A stretch of 64,000 bases of DNA from Pseudomonadales bacterium. Lineage in GTDB: Bacteria > Pseudomonadota > Gammaproteobacteria > Pseudomonadales > JAHRWD01. The translations under genes and the position numbers were made by a program. Under the pieces are notes generated by a model. The model was not told the DNA's origin. It ran no database searches and worked only from the letters and a program-made list of their open reading frames with translations. Shown piece after piece: positions 10,600-18,406 of the stretch; the first letter of the stretch is position 1, and each line of letters begins with the position of its first letter. Location of the stretch: NCBI GenBank assembly GCA_019090315.1, contig JAHRWD010000014.1, positions 66,011-130,010 of the forward strand, in the 5' to 3' direction.

Positions 10600-11417
10600 T
10601 CGTTCACAATCTCATTGTCACTTCTGTTTGTTAAAACAACATGTTGTTTGTAGTCGACACGCCATATAAACCGATCGGTCAGGTATATTTTTACACCCAG
10701 GCCAACGGATACCAACTGATTGGTACTGTTTTTACTCTGCACCAAAGTAGTTTTTGGTGTGGTTTCAATTACCCCGTAACCTAAAAAAACAAAGGGCGAT
10801 ACTCGCCAGTGTGCAAATGGCTGATTAACGATTCCCGCTGACAAAAACTGGCTGTTTGAAAAATTTCCGTTCACCTGTGATAAGGAAACTTCTGCGGAGA
10901 GGTTGGTTGAAAACCGGTAACCAAGATCTATCGACGTCAGCCTTGCTCCGGCGAAGTCCCCAATTGCTACACCTGCTTCAAACGTTCTTCCGCCAAACTC
11001 ATCTTCACCTACATCCGTAACGACAAATTTCTCTCCGGTCAGATGCAAAGTATTTTCCATCTGATCACGACTGACCCAACCACTTTTGCCATTTTTTGTA
11101 ACCACTTTAAACCAGCTTGTTTTTTCCTTGAGAACCTCTACTGATCCGCCTTTTTCAACTACAAAAACAATTGGATAGCCAACACCCGGACCAGTATGCA
11201 GTTCGATATACGGATCCTTTACTTCAACCCAGTTTTTCACACTTTCTATATTGGGCGAAGCCTCTGCCCTGTCATTAAAAGTATCAGGGCCGGCAGTAGA
11301 AACCTCAGTACTGGTTTCACCATATGCTGTCCCGAAAAAAGCAAAATTCATCAGTAGCATCAAGGCTATCAGACTTACTATTTGCAAAATTTTTGTTTGG
11401 AGGTAGTGCCTCGTCAC
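10569..11417 (-). CDS. SH3b-domain protein fused to a C-terminal outer-membrane beta-barrel
   Basis: Has a signal peptide and an SH3-like segment, YIELHTGPGVGYPIVFVVEKGGSVEVLKEKTSWFKVVTKNGKSGWVSRDQM (about nt 11043-11240). A strand-pattern domain follows, ending in KTGFSVFF. GTG start. Confidence 0.6.
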   Translation of the reverse strand: MTRHYLQTKILQIVSLIALMLLMNFAFFGTAYGETSTEVSTAGPDTFNDRAEASPNIESVKNWVEVKDPYIELHTGPGVGYPIVFVVEKGGSVEVLKEKTSWFKVVTKNGKSGWVSRDQMENTLHLTGEKFVVTDVGEDEFGGRTFEAGVAIGDFAGARLTSIDLGYRFSTNLSAEVSLSQVNGNFSNSQFLSAGIVNQPFAHWRVSPFVFLGYGVIETTPKTTLVQSKNSTNQLVSVGLGVKIYLTDRFIWRVDYKQHVVLTNRSDNEIVNEWKTGFSVFF

Positions 11418-11557
11418 CCTTTTTAGCTCTCTCTACACAATGGCTTTAGTATGGACAAGTGTAGATGGAATATCTGGAACTGGCTGGCAATTTTCAGAAC
11501 TATTTCTGTTTGCCAATCAAGTTGTGAATTAGCCCGCAAACGCGATTCCCATTACCA

Positions 11558-14200
11558 CTATTGAGGTGCATCGAACGGGTTATTGTAGTACTGCGCACCA
11601 ATATCCAGCCATTCATAAATCAGTTTTAATTCAGCACCGCTAAGGTAGCTAGCGTGACTGCCGCCGGTTTCAAACAGGCTATAAAACCCAGCGCTGGAAT
11701 TAGCACCCGCTGTACGCATTACCGGGCTAACGGTAATCGTTACGAACACAGGGACCGGATCGCCAGTAATCGGCGGAAACAGTACTAGTTCACCGTCTTC
11801 ATCCACTTCAAATACCTGGTCTCCGTTAATATCCAGCAGTGGTATCTGTTCATCTAACAAGGCCCCGCCGTCCAACACCACGCTATTATCGTTAAACAGC
11901 AGTTCACGATAACTGGTCAGATGTTCAGGCTCATCGCTTGACGGGCCATCACGCAAATCCAGCTGCGCAATGGGCACCTGGGGATCGCCCATTGCATCCT
12001 GCGAGCTATGGCAGCCCTGACAGTTGTTGTCAGCAAGAACAGTAACCATGTCAACATCAAGAACTTCTCGGGTCTGTTGCCAGATCGGGTGGATATGTTC
12101 AGCGTAATTGATGGTAATACGGCAAAGATTGCTCCAGGTTGCCTGGCAAGCCGCAGAGGTAGGTATATCTGTGGTTAAATCGGCGTACTGATATGAAAAT
12201 GAAACATCCTTCGGGCGAACGGTCGGGTCATCGGTCCATTCATCGACAAAGTGGACATCAACCGTCGGTACCCGCACGCCATTGGCATCACTGTAGGTGG
12301 TGGCCATGGTTTCACCCAGATTGGCCAGCAGTGCTGGCTCGGTATTGGGGAATGGATTCCCTCCGACCGGTGCACCCGGGTGTATGGATGGAGCCTCCAT
12401 ATCCGCTCTGCCATGGGGCAGACCACTATTTTGTTGGTGGCAACCCACACATTCCAGCTCTTCGCCTGGTAAGAACTGAATCCAGTTGCCATGTCTGGCG
12501 GTAATCCGTTTCCCCGCTTTGTCCAGCACACTGAATACCAGCGGCACATTGGCAGGCACCTTCATTTTGACCGAACCGTCCGGCTCAATCGGTACATAAC
12601 CGATGATTTCCCGCATCAACTGCTGGGTGCTTCGACCAAAATCCCGTCCATTCAAATCGACCGTATCATCATCAGGGATGGAGACGGACTTAACAATACG
12701 CAAAAACCGCGCTGGCCGATCATCAGCCAGGGTCAGGGCGGGATCAGCAATTGTCGCAATACCGCCAACCCCGTTACTATCAACTCCATCAATGTCGTAC
12801 ACGCTGCGGATATGAATGACCGCTAACTCCTCATCCACCAAACTCGCATCCAGCTCCACGCCACTCTGCTTATCGGCAATCATCGGTGGCAGTGTTCGCT
12901 CCTGCATTACCACCACATCTGTGAAGAACTTGTTTTGCTCGGGAATCACCACCGGCAATCGGGTGTCGTCTGAGCTATCAATCATCCAGATGCCATACAT
13001 CGGCGATGCTTCGGTAGTATCCGGGTCGGCAATATTGTCGTCGCTGCAAAGCAGGTATGTCACCTCCAGCGTATCCGGATCGGTTTCTTGCAGTCGACAC
13101 TGGCTCCAGCTAACTAACATCCGATTGCTGTCGTCATACAAGGGGAAAAATGAGCTGTATCGGCCTGCGACGGATACCCCCTCTTCGGTGTCGATCAGGT
13201 CATCAAAAATTGATGCCTGAGCATTATCAATCGCATCATCGGTATTAATTTTTACAATATCGCCACCATAATGCAGGCTCGACATCGGCTGCAGTAGCGC
13301 CAGAACATCACCCTGCTGGGATTGCTGTACACCCACAAACTGTACCGTCGATCCATCACTGCCGGTATCGTGACTGTTGTGGCCATATAACAAACTGTGC
13401 TCTGTACCATCAGGGTTTGCGGTATAAAGATTGATCTGATTGAGATTGCCAAAGTGATCCCAACGGCTGTATAAAATGGTACCGTCGTTGAGCACCGTTG
13501 GATCCAGATCATGACTGGGGTTAAACGTAATTTGGCGAATATTGCTGCCATCCGAATTCATCACATGCAGCATCATTGCATATTCTTCTCGCTGCTCATC
13601 GAGTGCTGCAAACTGCGGTTTGCTTTCGTCAAGCAGGGTTGCTTTCGATTGACGCTGACGACTGGAGGAAAACAGAATACGTCCATCTGGAAGATAGGTT
13701 GGTGAGATATCATGTCCGGCTTCAGCAGTGATGTCCGACGCGATCACACGCGTCAGGCTACCGCCGGTTAAATCGTACTCCCAGATATTCCATTTTGGTT
13801 GTTCATCATCATCCGCGCCCGCAATATCCGGTGCTCGCATCGAAAACAGAACACGTTCACCATCGTATGAAACCCGCAGATCCTTCACATCGTAAAGCTC
13901 TCCACCGGCAAACACACCATCAGTAATCACCTGATCATCCGCAGAAACAGATGCGCGATCACGGATAATCAGTTGAGCGCCGGGATTAAACTCCACTACC
14001 TCTCGAAGATCCTGTGAAACGGGATCTCCATCTTCATCCACCGGCACCGGCCGCTTTACGTACGCCAGCGCATAATCCACCGCAACCGCATCAGTTTGTT
14101 CATCGGTGCTACCCAGAAGCCCCTGCTCGCAGCCGGATAGTACCGATATCAACGCTAACAAGACTATCGGAATATAGTTTCTACTGAATGAATGCATCAC
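11558..14200 (-). CDS. 880-aa lipoprotein with PD40/TolB-like beta-propeller repeats and two CxxCH motifs (HzsA-related / planctomycete cytochrome-like)
   Basis: Has the lipobox VLSGC and PD40-like repeats (DISPTYLPDGRILFSS, SHDLDPTVLNDGTILYSRW). CVGCH lies at nt 12437-12451 and CQGCH at nt 12008-12022. Confidence 0.7.
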   Translation of the reverse strand: MMHSFSRNYIPIVLLALISVLSGCEQGLLGSTDEQTDAVAVDYALAYVKRPVPVDEDGDPVSQDLREVVEFNPGAQLIIRDRASVSADDQVITDGVFAGGELYDVKDLRVSYDGERVLFSMRAPDIAGADDDEQPKWNIWEYDLTGGSLTRVIASDITAEAGHDISPTYLPDGRILFSSSRQRQSKATLLDESKPQFAALDEQREEYAMMLHVMNSDGSNIRQITFNPSHDLDPTVLNDGTILYSRWDHFGNLNQINLYTANPDGTEHSLLYGHNSHDTGSDGSTVQFVGVQQSQQGDVLALLQPMSSLHYGGDIVKINTDDAIDNAQASIFDDLIDTEEGVSVAGRYSSFFPLYDDSNRMLVSWSQCRLQETDPDTLEVTYLLCSDDNIADPDTTEASPMYGIWMIDSSDDTRLPVVIPEQNKFFTDVVVMQERTLPPMIADKQSGVELDASLVDEELAVIHIRSVYDIDGVDSNGVGGIATIADPALTLADDRPARFLRIVKSVSIPDDDTVDLNGRDFGRSTQQLMREIIGYVPIEPDGSVKMKVPANVPLVFSVLDKAGKRITARHGNWIQFLPGEELECVGCHQQNSGLPHGRADMEAPSIHPGAPVGGNPFPNTEPALLANLGETMATTYSDANGVRVPTVDVHFVDEWTDDPTVRPKDVSFSYQYADLTTDIPTSAACQATWSNLCRITINYAEHIHPIWQQTREVLDVDMVTVLADNNCQGCHSSQDAMGDPQVPIAQLDLRDGPSSDEPEHLTSYRELLFNDNSVVLDGGALLDEQIPLLDINGDQVFEVDEDGELVLFPPITGDPVPVFVTITVSPVMRTAGANSSAGFYSLFETGGSHASYLSGAELKLIYEWLDIGAQYYNNPFDAPQ

Positions 14201-14535
14201 AGCCTTTCGCTCATTGATTTTTTGTTTATGTGGGAGTACGCGGAAGTCAAATAACTGAAAACCGATTTAAACCTGTGAACAAAGTGTATCCGGTCACTCA
14301 CTTATCGCCAGCAAGTGACTTTATTTTTTGTGAACCACTCTGATTTTTCGTATCTATCCCGATCAATAATGTGATCCACACCTCCAAACGAGAGCAGCTC
14401 TACATCTTTCCCATTTTTTTTTCGTATCCTTAAATCCACACAACGTATTGACGCATCGATCAAAGTCATTTTTTTCAGCTATCGTTATTTGATCCATTAT
14501 TTGTAGCTATCAGCCATAGGTCGGGAGCCATTGCT

Positions 14536-15786
14536 ATGAAGCACGGCAGAGTAAAGTCACAAGAAAACCTCCAAAGCAGTGCAGTTTTTGCCTGTTTAAT
14601 TTTACTGTTGAGCGGGCTTTTACCCCACGCTAGCCTTGCGGGTGACCGTGAACAGGCAAAGCGAATACATGATCGTATCGCCGGTATACCACCCAGTCAG
14701 GCGGTCCTTGATACCATGGAAGGATTAGTAGCCGGTGGCGATGCGATAGGTGCCGCAGATGTTGCGATGGAAAACCCGGCATTCTATTCCGTTACCTTAA
14801 AAAATCTGGTGACACCCTGGACCAATGAGTCCCAAACTGTTTTTGCGGGTCTGAATGATTACACAGCAACTGTAATTGGCATCGTCAGGGAAAATTACGA
14901 CTTTAGACGAATTCTCTACGACGACATTCTTTTTGTCGCCAATCCTGCACTGGGTTTAACTCCCTACTCCCGCACCAGCAACGCCCATTACGAACAGATA
15001 GAGGAGCAAAACGTTGACCTGTCTTCCAATGCTGGACTGATCGAAACTACCCAGTCCGCAGTCACAGGGATTCCAGCCAGCGCAGCCGCCGGTGTCACCA
15101 CAACCCGTGCTGCCGCCAAAGCCTTCTTTATCGATGGCACCAACCGAGCGATGTTTCGTTTCACCTTGCTAAACCAACTCTGCACAGACCTGGAAGCGAT
15201 CAAAGATGTGAGCCGCGCCAGTGACCGTATTCCACGGGATGTATCACGAAGCCCTGGTGGCGATAGCCGCATATTCCTGAATGCCTGTATGGGCTGCCAT
15301 ACCGGCATGGATCCAATGAATCAGGCGTTTGCCTACTATGATTTTGAACATGATGTAACCGCTGATCCCGAAGGCAATGATGGTCAACTGGTCTATAACG
15401 ATGTTGGAGAAATTGACGCGGTAACCGGCACGCGTGTGCAGGAGAAATACCATTTCAACAAGGACACGTTTAGTTCAGGCTACATCTCCCTTGATGACAG
15501 CTGGGACAACTACTGGAGAGAGGGACCCAACGCAGCTTTAGGTTGGGCTGACTCAGCACCACTCGGTAGCGGTAATGGCGCAAAAAGCATGGGACAGGAG
15601 CTAGCCAATAGCGATGCATTTGCCAGCTGTCAGGTTAAAAAAGTATTTAAAGCAGTTTGCTTGCGACCCGCGGTGGATGCCACCGATAGAGCTCAGCTTG
15701 CATCGATGACCAGTTCGTTTAAATCCAACGACTATAACCTCAAGCAGGTATTTTCTGAATCTGCTGTTTACTGCATGGGGGAATAA
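14536..15786 (+). CDS. secreted 416-aa protein with one CxxCH motif (DUF1585/DUF1588-like module)
   Basis: The signal peptide ends in ASLAG. CMGCHTGMDPMNQAFAYYDF lies at nt 15286 onward and resembles the C-x-x-C-H-x-x-x-DP motif of planctomycete PSD-type modules (from memory). Confidence 0.6.
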   Translation: MKHGRVKSQENLQSSAVFACLILLLSGLLPHASLAGDREQAKRIHDRIAGIPPSQAVLDTMEGLVAGGDAIGAADVAMENPAFYSVTLKNLVTPWTNESQTVFAGLNDYTATVIGIVRENYDFRRILYDDILFVANPALGLTPYSRTSNAHYEQIEEQNVDLSSNAGLIETTQSAVTGIPASAAAGVTTTRAAAKAFFIDGTNRAMFRFTLLNQLCTDLEAIKDVSRASDRIPRDVSRSPGGDSRIFLNACMGCHTGMDPMNQAFAYYDFEHDVTADPEGNDGQLVYNDVGEIDAVTGTRVQEKYHFNKDTFSSGYISLDDSWDNYWREGPNAALGWADSAPLGSGNGAKSMGQELANSDAFASCQVKKVFKAVCLRPAVDATDRAQLASMTSSFKSNDYNLKQVFSESAVYCMGE

Positions 15787-15848
15787 TGATGAATCTTTTA
15801 AATATTCCAGCAATAAAGGCATCCAATTTTGTTTTTGGTGCTGCAACA

Positions 15849-18356
15849 ATGAGCAAAAAATTACTGACCGTTGTTGCTGCGGTTGCATTCCTTAATGGCT
15901 GTAGTGCCGGCGGTGGTGAAGAAAACCAGTCATTGGCCAACAACACTACATCGGTGACGTCCAACTATTCGGGGCCAGCTCCCGCCACTGCCGATGTACA
16001 ACAGTTCAAATTGAACCTGTGGGACAATCTGGTAGCGGAAAACCGTTGCGGTACCTGTCACTCTACCGGTGGACAGGCCCCCACCTTTGTTCAAAGCGAT
16101 GATATCAATATCGCCTATGCAGTAACCAATCCGCTGGTTGACCTGGAAACACCCGATGATTCCACGCTAGTAACCAAAGTTGCCGGTGGACACAACTGCT
16201 GGCTCACCAGCGACAGTGCCTGTGGCGATATCATTTCTGCCTACATTAGCGCCTGGGCAGGTGGAAGTGGCTCAATTTCCAATTCGGTGGTACTTACAGC
16301 ACCTGATATTCATGAACCGGGCAGTAGCAAAACCTTCCCGGCGGACGTCGATGACAGCCTGTTTGAAACCACGGTTTACCCAATACTTGTGGACAACTGC
16401 GCTGGATGCCACTCGGAAGCTGCTGCCACCCCAGAGTCTCCCTTCTTTGCCAGTGCTGACGTTGATATCGCCTATGATGCGGCAAGAAGTAAAATATCCC
16501 TGGATGATACCGAACAGTCACGCCTGGTGATCCGGGTTCGCAGTGAATTCCATAACTGCTGGACTGCGGATTGCGGAAGTGATGCGGATGAGCTGGCTGC
16601 CGCAATCGATCTATTGAGTGGAGCCATTGTAGTTGCACCGATCGATCCTGCTTTAGTGCTCAGTAAAGCACTAACACTGGTTGACGATGGTATTGTATCC
16701 AGCGGTGGTGGACGTCATGAAACTAACGTCATCGCACTCTATCAATTCAAAACCGGCGAAGGGTTCACCGCTTTTGATACCAGTGGTGTAAATCCGGCAT
16801 TAGACCTGACACTGACTGATGATGTTAGCTGGGTGGGTGGCTGGGGCATAGCCATTGCCAACGGCAAAGCCCAGGGCTCCACTACTGCCAGTAAAAAACT
16901 TTACGACCTGATTAGCGCAACCGGTGAGTACGCGATTGAAGCCTGGGTAGCACCTGGCAACGTCACCCAGGAAGGCCCGGCAGGTATTGTCAGCTATTCA
17001 GGGGGTTCCAGTACTCGCAACTTTACCCTTGGGCAGACACTCTATAACTACAACAGCCTAAATCGAAGCACCACCACTGGTGCCGACGGTGAACCGGCAG
17101 TTTCAACCCCTGATGCGGATGAAGTGCTTCAGGCAACGCTGCAACATGTTGTGGTCAATTACGACCCGATAAATGGCCGACAGATATACGTAAATGGTGT
17201 ATTGGAATCCGCAGCCGATACGGAAGCGGGAGGCACACTTGTCGACTGGGACGATAGTTTTGCGCTGGCGATAGGCAACGAACCATCAAATGATCGAGTC
17301 TGGCAGGGCAGCGTACGCATGATCGCTATCCATAATCGTATCCTCAACACAGACGAGATATTGCAGAACTTTACCGTAGGTGTAGGGCAACGTTTCTACC
17401 TGCTATTTAGCGTTGCGCACCTAATTGATGTACCAGAAAGCTATATCATTTTTGAAGTCAGCCAGTTTGATAACTACAGCTATCTGTTTAATCAGCCATT
17501 CTTCCTGAGCCTTGATCCGGACGCGGCACCCGTCAATATTCCCGTCCAAGGTATGCGAATTGGCATCAACAGCAAGGAAGCGGTTGCGGGGCAAAGTTAT
17601 GTCAACCTTAATCTTTTGCTCAATGAAACCGATTACGGTGAAGGGGGCCAGGTACTCTCCCCTCTTGGTACCGTTATCGCGCTGGAGAACGGACCGGTAT
17701 CTGACCAGTTTTTCCTCACCTTTGATCTTATTGGCGATCAAGAATATGCACGTACAGCGCCGACGGTTCCCGTACCTGCACCTCCAGGTGATCTGGACCC
17801 AGTATCCGATATCGGTGTGCGCACTTTCAGTGAGGTAAATGCTTCAATGGCGGCGATAACCGGAGTGGATCCCACCACCCCCGCTGTTGCGGCGACCTAT
17901 CAAACCATTCTTCAGCAACTTCCGCCGGTAGAGGATATTAGCAGCTTCCTCTCTACCCATCAGATGGCGGTTACTCAGCTTGCGATTCGTTACTGCGATG
18001 AACTGGTTGAGAGCCCAACATTGCGTGATAGCTTTTTCGGCGCTGGTTTTGGTTTTGAACAAAATGTAGCCACTGCATTTGGCAGCGGCGACTCAGCAGC
18101 GAAAAACCAGATCGTCACACAGATTTTTAACCAAATGGTTGGCTTGCCGGATGGTTCCGGAACGGCCCTGTCTTCTACAACAGATATAGCGAGCCTGAAA
18201 GCAGAGCTAATCGGCCCTGCGGCAACCAACCCTGACAACCTGTATGACCGATTAACCGGTAGCTGCCCCACGGGATGCGATGCGGAACGAACCAAAACCG
18301 TCGTTAAGGCGATGTGTGCATCAACCCTGGGTAGCGCGGCCATTCTGGTTCAATAA
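15849..18356 (+). CDS. lipoprotein with two CxxCH cytochrome-like modules, a LamG (concanavalin-like) domain and a C-terminal domain of unknown function
   Basis: The internal ATG at 15849 gives MSKKLLTVVAAVAFLNGC (lipobox). The ORF could alternatively start at 15786, overlapping the upstream stop by 1 nt. CGTCH is at 16047-16061 and CAGCH at 16398-16412. The LamG-like block is at about 16800-17375 and ends in WQGSVRMIAIHNRILNTDEI. Confidence 0.65.
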   Translation: MSKKLLTVVAAVAFLNGCSAGGGEENQSLANNTTSVTSNYSGPAPATADVQQFKLNLWDNLVAENRCGTCHSTGGQAPTFVQSDDINIAYAVTNPLVDLETPDDSTLVTKVAGGHNCWLTSDSACGDIISAYISAWAGGSGSISNSVVLTAPDIHEPGSSKTFPADVDDSLFETTVYPILVDNCAGCHSEAAATPESPFFASADVDIAYDAARSKISLDDTEQSRLVIRVRSEFHNCWTADCGSDADELAAAIDLLSGAIVVAPIDPALVLSKALTLVDDGIVSSGGGRHETNVIALYQFKTGEGFTAFDTSGVNPALDLTLTDDVSWVGGWGIAIANGKAQGSTTASKKLYDLISATGEYAIEAWVAPGNVTQEGPAGIVSYSGGSSTRNFTLGQTLYNYNSLNRSTTTGADGEPAVSTPDADEVLQATLQHVVVNYDPINGRQIYVNGVLESAADTEAGGTLVDWDDSFALAIGNEPSNDRVWQGSVRMIAIHNRILNTDEILQNFTVGVGQRFYLLFSVAHLIDVPESYIIFEVSQFDNYSYLFNQPFFLSLDPDAAPVNIPVQGMRIGINSKEAVAGQSYVNLNLLLNETDYGEGGQVLSPLGTVIALENGPVSDQFFLTFDLIGDQEYARTAPTVPVPAPPGDLDPVSDIGVRTFSEVNASMAAITGVDPTTPAVAATYQTILQQLPPVEDISSFLSTHQMAVTQLAIRYCDELVESPTLRDSFFGAGFGFEQNVATAFGSGDSAAKNQIVTQIFNQMVGLPDGSGTALSSTTDIASLKAELIGPAATNPDNLYDRLTGSCPTGCDAERTKTVVKAMCASTLGSAAILVQ

Positions 18357-18406
18357 TGAAACCACACTATAATTTTTGTACGAATATTCTCTTTTAGGAA
18401 TTGATC

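Noticed and set aside
12175-13705. ORFs in alternative frames or antisense inside the 880-aa lipoprotein gene, for example 12175-12549, 12816-13220 and 13252-13551.
   Set aside because: They overlap a long ORF that has coherent domain content. Their translations are low-complexity or Cys/Trp/Arg-rich nonsense.
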